Source of the DNA: Hypanus sabinus
Taxonomy: Eukaryota
DNA length: 64,000 nucleotides
Assembly (NCBI RefSeq): GCF_030144855.1
Contig: NW_026780455.1
Location: 372,001-436,000 of the forward strand
Reading direction: 5' to 3'
A model generated the notes under the pieces. That model saw only the letters and a list, made by a program, of their open reading frames with translations. It was not told where the DNA came from and did no database searches. How positions within the stretch are numbered: the first letter of the stretch is position 1; each line of letters starts with the position of its first letter. The position numbers were made by a program, and so were the translations under genes. Shown one piece after another: positions 38,591 to 50,686 of the stretch.

Positions 38591-39735
38591 GGTACTTTCC
38601 CTAGTGTTGCGTGTATGTAATCCAACCAAGCGGAACATTCTTCTGGCACCTCAGCATAAAACTTTTTTTGTTCTCTCAATTTTCTCTATATTCCTAAAGA
38701 TATTTCTTATTCTCCTATTTCTCTGTCTTTCGAGACCGAACTGTCATATTGTATCAGTATTGTATTCTATCAGTTGGTATTAGTACAACAAAGCTGCCAT
38801 TTCCCGGCTACATGTCCAACTGGACTTTCACCAGGCTCCCTCATCATCGACAACTCCATCAAGTTTGTGTCGTCTCCAAGAGTCTTTATGAGCCCCGCCC
38901 GTTTCATCCAAGTCAAACAATTCGCAACAATTGTCACATGCAGAATGGCAGTCCTCCACCTCTGCCCTCTGTACTCTCTCTGAAGCCATGCGATCCAATG
39001 CATCTCGGTCTCTTGTCTCAGCCTACCGGAACAAGTCCTCAAAAGTCTTAATTCCAGTCTAATCCTAAAGGTTTGGCCTTGTCTGTCGAAAAGCTTCACG
39101 TTCCGAGCGACACTACTAATGGGATAATTTACAATGACCAATTAACCTATCAGCCTGGTCTGGAGGAGCTGTCTGTGGGAGAAACCTATTTTCCTTCAGC
39201 GGCGGGAAATGGCTAGAAAGTCGGATAATTAACCGGAGAATGAGGAAGGCAAAGCTACGAGGGAATCAATAAATAAATAAACATCATGTGAACTTCCCTC
39301 AGTGCGATTTATTAAATTATTCCCGAGGTAGCGGACAGATCTCCACACGAAATCCGTTGTACTGCATCCAGTCTTCCTGAACGGCTCAAAGGCAGGGGCT
39401 TTTGGAATCAATAGCCCGCGCCAGAGGAAAAAGTTGGAGCTTCATCAGGCGTACCTGAGCAGTCATTCGGGCCCCACGGAATATCGGCAGGGGACAACGG
39501 CCGTATTGCGATGGTGATGTCAAGGCATCGCATACAAGTATCGGTAGAATCATCCACTTGGTGGAACTGAGGGAGACATTACAGGGAACAAGTGAATAAA
39601 TTAAAATGAAAGGAGCAGAGTGGAGGCAAACTGGGACACTGCTTGATCCTGTTTGTACATGGACGGGTGGAGGGCGGAAGCTAATCGGGGCCATCCAGAG
39701 CCTCATTGGAACTCCGCATGGGATATCTTGGGGCG

Positions 39736-42700
39736 TCACTGAGGATTAATGCTCTCCTGACATAGCCGAGCGCACTTTGTCATTAGACGAAAGGGAGATT
39801 TCACTGTCTCCTTGAACTGCATCCTAAACCTGGTTTGGGCCACGGCGTAAAGAGCCGTGTTGGAACAGCAACTCAGGAGTTGAAGCATGTAACCCAGTTC
39901 CCGAGGACTATTCGGGGGAGAAACGTCAATGTAAAAATACAGGCTATCCCATACGGAATACACCGTCAGCAGCGCCCACAGCAGGACGAAATTCCCCGAC
40001 ATCAACAGCAGTAACAGGAGGGATTGCCTGCGGTTCTTCATCTCCGGGTCGGCGGGCGTCTCGCCAGCTCGCGAACCACGGAGTCTCCTCCGGGCTCGGC
40101 TGGCCACTAAGACGTGCCTGATGGTTAAGCTGTTTAACAGGAGAATCAAGACAAAGGGGAATATTGGGGTGAGGAGGGAATGAATCAGTATAAATGTTGT
40201 CTCCTGAGATGGGAGAAAACGAAATGAACGTAAACAGAGCATGAACCAAAGAGACATGGAATATGCCCCATCGAGCAAAAAGTAAAAGAAAATGTTCTTT
40301 AGGCAGCTCAGCACAGTCACTGTCCCCAGAACCAGAGTCGCCGTTCTCCCGGTGCAATACTTTCGCTTCAGCTTCTGTAAACAAATGGCGACAAATCGAT
40401 CAAAGGTGAAAGTGACGGTGAACCAGACAGAACAGTCAGTGGCGGCGTAGAGCATGACTGCATGGATATTACACACGGCAACACGATTCGACCAGAGGAA
40501 AACCTCGATTGGCATGTAACTCATCGGAACCTTGTTCAATACCAGATCGAAAAGAACGACCAACTGATCCGCTGCTACCATGGCAACCAGGTACCTTGTG
40601 ACGCCTTTGGAGAGACCGCACTTTCCCCGCGAAAGGATGACGATTGTCACCACGCTCACTGTGGGGACGTAGATAAAGTCCATTAACACACACTTTGGTG
40701 GAAACATTCTCTGAAGACAAGTAATTTAATCGATAGCATTATCGAGAGCACAGGTGGACATGGAATCTACTACGGAGTTTATGCAGCGCCATTATTAAAT
40801 GGGTAGCGATTATACTGTAGTTCAGAATAATGAGTGGAATCTTATTGAAATACATTTAATATTGAAAGGCCGAGCGGATAGTTTCTATAGTTATAGAGTC
40901 TACACCCAGAGGATGAATATTTATAATAGAAAGACATCACTTTAGAACGGAGGTGGATGGGATTTTTTTTTGGTTCGAGACTGGTAAATATGTGGAATTT
41001 CTCGCCACAGACGACTATGGGAAACAATTCGTTGCCACCATTTTGCAGCAGAGATTGATATGCCCTTGAGTTGTCGGGACGTCAATGTATACGGAGAATG
41101 GGCACCGGAATGTGTTTGAGAGGGATAATAATTCAGCTGTGATGGAATGGCGGAAAGGCCTCGGTGCTCCAGTGACCGAATTCAACTCCCGACCCCGTGG
41201 GCTAAACAGTGATATCAATGGAATGTATTCTGACATTTGTGGTCAGCAGAAGGGGCTGAAAACCGGATGTGATAATGAACTGATCACTGATTAAGTACCA
41301 AGTATCACGGTGACAGAAATTTAACTTCCCTTACCTATAAACACGAGATACCTTTAGAGCAAAAACGCTGAAGAAATAATAGCCGGAATAGTCGATCTGT
41401 TCGGACTGCCATGCTCCGTCATTGAACATGAACCTGGTTGATCTGACCATAGACTCATTTTCTTCTACCTGTCTCCCAACCCCCACCAACCCCTACTACC
41501 CCTAATATGCAAAAAATATATCCAATCTTTTCTGAAATATATTTAATGATGGAGCCTCCACTTCTCCATTGGGCAGAGAATTCCACAGATTCATCACGCT
41601 CTGGCAAAAGGAGTTCCACCTCATCTCCGACGGAAATTCACTCCGCAGAAGCTGCAGCCTTTGTCCCCTTGTTCTAATCTCAACTACCAGTGGAAACAAT
41701 TTTCCTGTCCTTGACTTACCTATCACTATCGTATTTTTACTTGTTGCTAAAAGTTTGTATCTGATCCTTCTGAATTCCAGTATGGGCAGTTCCAGGCGAC
41801 TCAGTCTCCGCATATAGTCTCGGCACCCCATGTCTGGAATCAAATAGGGGAAACGACTACAACGCCAGTAATCGCTCCTCAAGTCAGGAGACTCGCTCTG
41901 CACACAGCACTCCAGCTGCCGCCTCATCTGTACCTTGTGCAGTTGCAGCGTAACCTCCCTGCTCTTAAATTCACCCCTGTAGCAATGAAGGACAATATCC
42001 CATTTGCCTTCTTGTTAGCCTGCTGCTGCTGCAAACCAAACTTTTGCGATTGAAGACCAAACACTCTAAAGTGCATCCACATGGCAACATACTGCAATCA
42101 ATTTTCACTAAACAATATTCTGTTCTTCCATTTCTCCTTCCCCCGCCTTTAGTAGCATTGTACTCCGTCCGCCTAAAGCCTAATACTTTCGCTTAAACAA
42201 TCGATATCCGTCAGCAGGCTCGCAGATTCTCCTGCACTATTTTTGCAGGCGGAAGATCGTGGCAGTAATGTTGGCCACGTGGGCTCTTTCCCTTTAACCG
42301 GCAGGCTTTGAGATATTAATTTATTTATGTGTTCATTCATTCCTTCCTTCCTTCGAGATAGCTGAATTATCCTACCATGTTCCAAATGGACTGTGGAACA
42401 TAAAGCACCGGAAGCATGTGTACGCTTCACAGAAGGTGCAAATGTAATTTTTCCAGAATGCTGCGTGGATTGGAGAGCATTCACTATGAGGAAACGTTGT
42501 GTGAGTTCGAATTTGTTTCTCTGGGAGTGAAGGTGCATGTGAGATCATTTGATGACAGATATTGACAGGAGAAGAGACTCAGATAACGTTTGCCTGTCAG
42601 AGAAGTAACCGGGACGCTGACAGCCCCAAAGCTGGAGGGAGAACGTCCGTAATTCACTCAGCCGGTGTTGCTGAAGCGGTACCGGTTTGAGAGACCTGCC

Positions 42701-42967
42701 ATGCAATTAGCGCGTCGTTAGAGGACAGGTATGAAAGAGAAGCTGACTCATACTTTTCAGCGTTAATCAGGAGGAAGAGACGAGACACTTACCAGGGACA
42801 GCTACAATGGCGAGTACAGGATAGTAAACCATTTTGACGGTCCGAAGCGCCTGATAGATTCGAAAGTCCAACGGTATTCCTTTAGGATTTTTATCCAGAT
42901 ATGGATACGCCCGGTCAATATTCCTTACTGATGCCGCAGCGTTCCGCGATAGATTTTGCTGATCCAT
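39736..42967 (-). CDS. GPR139/GPR142-like class A GPCR, copy 2; complete two-exon CDS, join(42793-42967, 39736-40658), 365 aa
   Basis: Exon 1 MDQQNLS...VYYPVLAIVAVP (58 codons + 1 nt), donor G|gtaagt at 42793/42792. Acceptor cccacag|TG at 40659/40658; phase 1 joins in frame. Seven hydrophobic segments, FDRF (DRY equivalent), CSNTALY (NPxxY equivalent), N-glycosylation sequon NLS. Family assignment is from recalled chondrichthyan 'probable GPR139' sequences (ILSRGKCGLSKGVTRYLVAM). Confidence 0.9.
41450..42150 (-). mobile_element. Degenerate CR1 3' fragment in intron 1 of GPCR copy 2
   Basis: ORF 41502-41927 (LEFRRIRYKLL...VMNLWNSLP). Confidence 0.8.
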
Positions 42968-43516
42968 TGCGGGAAGACTCCGGATTCCTGTTCCCGATAC
43001 AGCCTCGGTTCTCTCTCTCCCTTCTGCCCGCTTGTGTCTGATAGCGTAGACTGGCGTCTCTGACTGAGACTGGCGTTGAGAGTGGGACATATAACCAGGT
43101 AACAAGCAGCCACTCCTCCGCGGTGACGTCGACAATCCCCACGGACACTCCCTTCATTAGGTTCTACAGAATGACAGGTGCAGTTAACCCTTTATTTGCA
43201 GACTGTCAAAGAAGCAAAAGAAACGCAGATTGGAAGTGTATCCAATAATCCCAGAAGTCGGCTCACCACGGACACTCAGCAAGACATTGATATACAACCA
43301 ATCTGGAAAGGAAGGTACGCGCAGCAAATAATAAAAAAAAACAAGCAAACAAATAATAACGATGATATAAACAGATTAAATAATTGTTGCATTTATAGAT
43401 CATAGGTAGTTCAAGCTTTTTTCTCTCTGTCAAATACTAAGACTGGGCACTTCTCTATATGAAATTCCTTCATAATTATTTGCCTCTCCTCTAGACTCTC
43501 TAATTCATTCTGCAAG

Positions 43517-46500
43517 CATAGAAACATAGAAAATAGGTGCAGGAGTAGGCCATTCGGCCGTTCGAGCCTGTACCGACATTCGGTATAATAATGGCTGATC
43601 ATCCAACTCAGAACCCTGCACCTGCTTTCCTTCCTTACCCCCGATCCCTTTAGCCACAAGGGCCATATCTAACTTCCTCTTAAATATCGCCAATGAACCC
43701 GCCCCAACTGCATCCTGTGGCAGAGAAATCCACATATTCACCACTCTCTGTGTGGTGAAGTTTTTCCTCATCTCGGTCCTAAAATGCTTCCCCTTTATCC
43801 TTAAACTGTGACCCCTCGTTCTGCACTTCCCCAACATCGGTAGCAATCTTCCTGCGTCAAGTCTGTCCAATCCCTTTAGAATTTTATACGTTTCAATAAG
43901 ATCCCCTCTCAATCTTCTAAATTTCAGTGAGACTAGTCGATCCAGTCTTTCTTCAGATGAAAGTCCTGCCATCCCAGTAAGCAATCTGGTGAACCTTCTT
44001 TCTACTCCCTCTATGACAAGGATGTCTTTCCCCAGATTACGGGACCAAAACTGCACACAATACTACAGCTGCGGTCTCACCAAGCCCTTGTACAACTGCA
44101 GTAGAACCTCCCTGCTCCTGTACTCAAATCTTGTTGCTATGAATGCCAACATACCATTTGCCCTTTTCACGTCCTGCTGTACCTGCATGCCCACCTTTAA
44201 TGACTGGGGTACAATGACACCCAGGTCTCGTTGCATCTCCCCTTTTCCTAATCGGCCACCATTCAAGTAATTATATGTTTTCCTGTTCTTGCAACCAAGG
44301 TGGATAACATCACATTTCTCCACATTAAATTGCATCTGCCATGATATTGCCCATTCACCTAACCTATCCAAGTCACCCTGCATCCTCTTATCATCCAACT
44401 CACAGCTAACACCGCCGCCCAGCTTCGTGTCATCCGCAAACTTGGAGTTGCTGCATTTAATTCCCTCGTCTAAATCAGTAATATATATTGTAAACAACTG
44501 GGGTCCGAGCACTGAGCCTTGCCGAACCCCACAAGTCACTATCTGCCATTCTGAAAAAGTCCCGTTCACTCCCACACTTTCCTTTCTGTCTGCCAACCAA
44601 TTTTCTATCCACATCAATACCATGCCCCCAATACTGTGTGCAATAAGTTTGCACACTAATCTCCTCGGTGGGACCTTGTCAAAAGCCTTTTTGAACCTCG
44701 AAATATACCACATCCACAGGCTCTCCCCAAACCAATCTACTAGCTACATCTTCAAAAAAATTCTATAAGATACGTCAGACATGATTTTCCTTTCTCAAAT
44801 CCATGCTGACTTCGTCGGATGATTTCCCCTCTTTCCAAATGTGCTGTTATCACATCTTTGATAACAGACACTATCATTTTCCCCGCCACCGATGTCAGAC
44901 TAACTAGTCTACAATTCCCCGGTTTCTCTCTCTCTTCTTTTTTTTTTAAATGGGGTTACATTATCCACCCTCCAATCCGCCGGAACTAATCCAGAATCTA
45001 AGGAGATTTGAAAAATTATCACTAATGCATACACTATTTCTTGGCTTACTTCCTTAAGCACTCTGGGATGCAAACCATCTGACCCTGGAGTTTATCTGCC
45101 TTTAGTCCCTTCAATTTACCTAACACCACTTCCCTACAAACATGTATTTCCCTCAGTTCCTTCATCTCACTGGACCCTCGGTCCCTTACTATTTCCGGAA
45201 GATTATATCTGTCCTCCTTAGTGAAGGCAGAATCAAAGTAGTTATTAAATTGGTTTGCCATGTCTTTGTTCCCTGTGATAATTTCACCTGTTTCTGACTG
45301 TAAAGAAACTACATTTGTCTTGACGAATCTTTTCTTTTCTTTTCTGTTAAAGCTTTTACAGTCAGTTTTTATGTTCCCTGCCTGCTTTCTCTCATCATCT
45401 TTTTTTTTCTTTCCTAATTAAGCCCTTTGTCCTCCTCTGATGGTCTTTGAATTTCTCCCAGTCCTCAGGTGTGCCGCTTTTTATTTGCTAATTTATATGA
45501 TTCTTCTTTGGACGATACTATCCGTAATTTCCCTTGTCAGCCACGGGTGCACTACCTTCCCTGGTTTATTCTTTTGCCAAACTGGGATGAACAATTTTTG
45601 TAGTTCATCCATGCGATCTTTAAATGCTTGCCATTGCATATCCTCCGCCAACACTTTAAGTATCATTTGCCAGTCTATCTTAGCTAATTCACGTCTCATA
45701 CCTTCAAAGTTACCCTTCTTTAAGTTCAGAACCTTTGTTTCTGAATTAACCATGTCACCCTACATCTTAATGAAGAATTCCACCATATTATGGTCACTCT
45801 TACCCAAGGGGCCTCGCACGACAAGATTGCTAACTAACCCTTCCTCATTGTTCAATACTCAATCTAGAATGGCCTGCTCTCTAGTTATTTCCTCGACATG
45901 TTGGTTCAGAAAACCATCCCGCATACAGACCAAGAAATTCGCTTCCTCAGCACCGTTACCAATTTGGTTCACCCAATCTATATGTTGATTGAAGTCACCC
46001 ATTATAACTACTGCTCCTTTATTGCACGCATTTCTAATTTCCTGTTTAATGCCATCCCCAACCTCACTGCTACTGTTAGGTGGCCTGTACACAACTCCCA
46101 CCAGAGCCTTCTCCCCCCTCCTGTTATGCAGCTCTACCCATATCGATTCCACATACTCCAGGCTAATGTCTTTCCATTCTATTGCGTTAATCTCTCTTAC
46201 CAGCAATGCTACCCCATCTCCTTTTCTTTCCTGTCTATCCCTCCAGAATATTTAATATCCCTGGATGTTGAGCTCCCATCCTTGGTCACCCTGGAGGCAT
46301 GTCGCTGTTATCCCAACTATATCATATTCATTAATAACTATCTGCACATTGAATTCATCCACCTTGTTACGAATGCTCCTCGCATTGAGACACAAAGCCT
46401 TCAGGCATGTTTTTACAACTCTCCTAGACCTTATACAATTATGTTAAAATTGGCTCTTTTTGCTATTTGCCCTGGATTTTCCTGCCTGCCACTTTTACAT

Positions 46501-47200
46501 TTCACCTTACTACTTTTTGCTTCTACTCTCATTTGACACCCCTCTGTATATCTGCACTTGTTCCCATCCCCCTGCACATTAGTTTAAAGCCTCCTGAACA
46601 GTAGTAGCAAACGCTCCCCCTAGGACACAGTTGTCAGTCCATCCCAGGTGCAGACGGCCCTGTTTATACCGGTCCCACCTCCCTGTGAACTGGTTCCAAT
46701 GCCCCAGAAATTTGAATCCCTCCCCATTGCACCATTTCTCAAGCCACGTATTCATTGGAAATATCTTCCTATTTCTCCTCTGACTAGCACGTGGTACTGG
46801 TAGTAGTCCAGTGATTATTACCTTTGTGGTCCTTCTTTTTAGTTTATTTCCTAACTCCCAAAATTTACCTTGCAGTACCTCATCCCGTTTTTTACCTATA
46901 TCGTTGGTACCTATGTGCACCACTCACTCAGTGGTCGCTTTCCACAGGCTGCTCCACTTCAGTTATCCGCTTATTTATTTGTTGAGCTTTTCAAACTGCT
47001 TGGTCACATGATATCCATTGCCCAATCAGCTGTTTTCTGCCTGGTCTGAGCTATTCAAATCTTGATTGTCTAATCAACGGCTTTCTGCTGAGCTATTCAA
47101 ATCTTGATTGTCTTATCAACGGCTTTCTGCTGATCTATTCAAATCTTGATTGACTTAATTGCACAGTCCAACTGCACAAACTGCCAGAATCTCTCGAGTC
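43517..47200 (-). mobile_element. HER1-like CR1 LINE, internally deleted, with 5' UTR
   Basis: Tail catagaaacatagaaaataggtgcaggagtaggcc; RT ORFs 44063-44713 and 43505-44056; endonuclease 45859-46206 (VVYRPPNSS, IMGDFN); ORF1 esterase 46579-46923 (VHIGTNDIG). Confidence 0.92.
47046..47155. repeat. 42-bp tandem repeat, ~2.6 copies (probably LINE 5' UTR)
   Basis: ctgagctattcaaatcttgattgtctaatcaacggctttctg units start at 47046, 47088 and 47130. Confidence 0.9.
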
Positions 47201-47404
47201 AAAGCAAATCTCCACTCCTTCACTGGCCCACTCATTCATTGCCAGCTTTCTACGTCAGGCAGTACCTATGGAGGGGAATAAGCAGTCGATATTTAGTACC
47301 GAGACGTTACGTTAGAACTGGAAGGGAACCTGAAATAATAAAATGCGGAAGGAGAAGAACTACAAGACGGGGTTGAACAACTATACCGTAAGTGGTGGGT
47401 AATA

Positions 47405-47665
47405 TTGAGCAACAGAGGGCTCTCGGTGCGCGAGGGTAGGACGCACACTGTGAACGGTGGGGAGTGTCCAGGGACAGAGGGACCTCAGTGTACAAGGTGT
47501 AGGACACACGCACTGTAAATGGTGGGGAGTGTGGGGGACAGAGAAACACCAGTGTACAATGGTAGCTCGCACTGCCTGAACGGAGGGGAATGTAGAAGTA
47601 CAGAGGGTCCTCAGTGTGCGAAGACAGGAGTGTGCCGTATAATGGCGATTGTTTAGAGACAGGGA
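47405..47665. repeat. Degenerate ~63-bp minisatellite (copy 1), upstream of V1
   Basis: Repeated gtgtacaagggtaggacacacgcactgtgaatggtggggagtgt...gggacagagggacctc units. Confidence 0.8.
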
Positions 47666-48530
47666 GGGATAGGATAACAAGGGTTGTTGCGAGCTGTTTT
47701 GGGACTTATGAACGGAAGTGCTGACATTCGAGAGAATAAAAGGAGGTGCAGGAGAATGATTCCCACGTTTAGGGACCAGCCAGCTAATCGGGAGATGTCT
47801 ACTGTCGATCGGCGAGAGGATGCCGGATAGACGGCATGGCAGAATCAGATGACGAGATTATATGCGGGATCGCATCTTCACACATCATGCTTGTGCTTGC
47901 TGAGGGATTTACTTTATTGAAACCAACCTGCGGCCAAAACTTCATATTCGGCCATTGAAAAGAACAGTTAAATTTGATTCATGCTTGTTATATCTGCAGA
48001 ACAGAGTAACACGGAATAGAAGAACGCAAAAAAGTAATTATTTCAGCCTGGAACCTGGTGGAGCAGGAAGATGTCCATGGACACACATTCTTCAGGCTTG
48101 ATTGTGGAGGAGAATATGGTCTTCCTTATAGATCTGCTCTCACTCCTTTTCTGACATCGGGCTGGATTCGAGGGCGACAGGTGGAGGCACAGGCTGCTAC
48201 CACAAGGGGGCGGAACGCACTGCAGTAAAATATTTGTTAGAGCATACCACGGGTCTGAAAGGGGTCAAATTACTTTTACAAAGGTGAATTTTCACCGCAC
48301 CTAGTGAGCTTCGGGGGCGAGGGCAGGGAGATTTGCGAAATTACAAAAATTTCGTTTCTTAAGTACATCCGCAAAGTGGGGGGGGGGGGGGGTATGGAAG
48401 ACGAAGAAAGAGAGCGGGTGGAACGGGAAGAGCGAAAAATAGCGAGAGCTTTGTTTGGTCAACTTGGTAGAGCGGAAGCAGCACAACTCCCGAATCATGT
48501 CAGAGCACAGAAGGGGCGAGGCCAAACGAC

Positions 48531-48556
48531 AGTTCCGCAAATCCACCAAAGTCACT
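48531..48556 (+). promoter_or_regulatory. Putative V1 promoter motif (Ets-like ttccgc plus degenerate CRE/decamer)
   Basis: agttccgcaaatccaccaaagtcact aligns with the V2 motif acttccgcaaatccgtcgacgtcact. Confidence 0.4.
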
Positions 48557-48646
48557 GAAATATGTCACAAGCGGGATGGAAGTAAATGCATTCTTCTCTG
48601 CTGCCGCATAGCATTCATCACTGAGAGAATACACCCTCCAAGGAAG

Positions 48647-49280
48647 ATGTTTCTGTATCTGATCTTCATCCTCGCCTTCCACAGACCATGTAAGTTCCCA
48701 ACTATTACTTTTCATTCTTAGCTTCTCTTCTGCTTTCCCATTCCTTTCATTTTACTTTCCCTCCAGTACTTTCGGAGTCATTCTTTAATTGCTTGCGACC
48801 TCTCGATTCCGAAGAATATCTTTCATCTGTCTCCGCCTCTAAATTCCCACCTCCTCTGGAGATTTCCCCACATCGATCCTCATCTTTGCTTCCCTCAATG
48901 CACCGTTTTTCTCCCACTTATGAACTGCCCGCGTGTCCGTGTTCCTTCACCCGTTCAGCCAAGCCCGTCTCTTTTTCCAGGCGCGACCTCGGGGGACGAT
49001 CCACCAGACTCCGGCTTTCTCCGGAACTTCCGGCCGGAAGGTGACCCTGCATTGCACAGTGGAGGGTAGTACCAGTGTTGATAACTACCTGTACTGGTAC
49101 CGACAATACCCGGGAACCGGTCCGGAGAACATGTTTTACTCGTCGACAGCAAAGTACGTCCAACCAGAAGGTCTGAACGACGGTTTTTCGGCGGAACGGC
49201 CGCAGGGTAACGAGTTTTTCTTGAAGTCCGACAAACTGGAGGCAAGTTCGGCGGCCGTGTATTTCTGCGCCTGGAATGAT
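48647..49280 (+). CDS. TRBV: T-cell receptor V gene segment V1 (TRBV30-like): leader exon 48647-48689, V exon 48981-49280; out of frame by 1 nt with canonical splicing
   Basis: Leader MFLYLIFILAFHRP with T|gtaagt; polypyrimidine ttttccag acceptor. V domain TIHQTP...LHCTVEG...LYWYRQ...FYS...FSAERPQ...FFLKSDKL...VYFCAWND has the conserved Cys, Trp and Cys and is followed directly by an RSS. Confidence 0.9.
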
Positions 49281-49319
49281 CACGGCGGCTCAGAGTGACG
49301 GGACAGCTGTACAAAAACC
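49281..49319 (+). other. 23-bp-spacer recombination signal sequence of V1
   Basis: Heptamer CACGGCG (49281-49287), 23-bp spacer, consensus nonamer ACAAAAACC (49311-49319). Confidence 0.92.
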
Positions 49320-50242
49320 TCACCGTCAGAAAGGTCGGTGTTGTCAGCAAAACAGGAAACGCGACTCATGTCAATCATAGGGTTGTAGGAGGGTCTATCT
49401 ATCAGGCGCAGAGCTGTTGCGGCCAATCAGTGAACATAGCGGCGGAGCTATTATGCCGTGGCATTTAATTTCCTCCTCTTCTTAAACATTGAGAATGGTG
49501 AATATGAACTCAAGTGCACTCCACTCTCTACCATTCCTTGATTCTGCTGTCTAGGGTAGGGGACAGCCGGATAATGTTAGGAAACAGGGAGAGATCGGAA
49601 AACGACTGCAGGACAGGCACCGTGAATGGGAGAGAACACGGCCAGCTAGGAAGGAGCAGAAGGCTATTGATGTTCAACAATCTCCAATCATGTCAGAATA
49701 TGTGTGTGTTGGCGGATCTGGGTGTTCTAGCAGAAATCATGGGGATGTTGGGGTGCGCGGGGATTTGAGGTTGTCGGCGCAGACGGGGTGCTGTCCGATT
49801 TGCTGGCGCGTGCAGAACTGGAACCTTGGCCGTGCCAGTCGGTGTACATGGACCTGCTCCATGCTGAACACGGGGCATTTCACGTCGTTTATCTGCGATC
49901 AGGGAGGGCTCAGGATACAGATTCTAAATATTCATTCTTAAGAGATAGGAGAGTCAATGTGTTCCGGGTGTAGTTCGTATCTCTCCCGCTTTCTGAGGCA
50001 GGAGGTCTGCGTCCTAGAACAGGCTAACAACGGGAAATTACAAAAGGACTAAAATGTCACATGTGGTTTGGAGTGCGGTCATTATGAAGAGCGATATGCG
50101 TTTTCAATAAAGACTCGTTTTACTGTGGCCCGGCTTCTCACACCGGATATCTAGTATTCCGGAAGTCCAAAGAGAGAGAAGCATTAAATATCAGGAACAG
50201 AGAGAGAGATACGGCGTGGAAAGAGCGACATAGTTGAGCAGA

Positions 50243-50455
50243 NNNNNNNNNNNNNNNNNNNNNNNNNNNNNNNNNNNNNNNNNNNNNNNNNNNNNNNNNN
50301 NNNNNNNNNNNNNNNNNNNNNNNNNNNNNNNNNNNNNNNNNNNNNNNNNNNNNNNNNNNNNNNNNNNNNNNNNNNNNNNNNNNNNNNNNNNNNNNNNNNN
50401 NNNNNNNNNNNNNNNNNNNNNNNNNNNNNNNNNNNNNNNNNNNNNNNNNNNNNNN
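50243..50455. other. Assembly gap (N run) immediately upstream of the V2 promoter
   Basis: Run of N. Confidence 1.
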
Positions 50456-50580
50456 GAGAGAGAAGGGGAGTGAGGGACACAGAAAGACAGAGAGAGAAAA
50501 ATTGCCGCATAAATTGGTGAAGCATGAGCCACAGATCCCTGAGATCGGATAAGTTCATAGAAGGGGCCTGGCTGATCAAT

Positions 50581-50606
50581 ACTTCCGCAAATCCGTCGAC
50601 GTCACT
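50581..50606 (+). promoter_or_regulatory. Putative V2 promoter: Ets-like ACTTCCG and CRE-like V-beta decamer (AGTGACGTCG on the minus strand)
   Basis: cgacgtcact at 50597-50606, 81 bp upstream of the ATG; 9/10 match to the AGTGAYRTCA decamer described in mammalian V-beta promoters. Confidence 0.5.
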
Positions 50607-50686
50607 GATATTAGTAACAAGTGAATGGATTCCTCTCTGCTGTACACAGCACATTCCGCATTGAGAGAATGAACACACCAAGGAAG

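Noticed and set aside
15171-50681. ORFs containing long X runs
   Set aside because: Artefacts of translating across N gaps.
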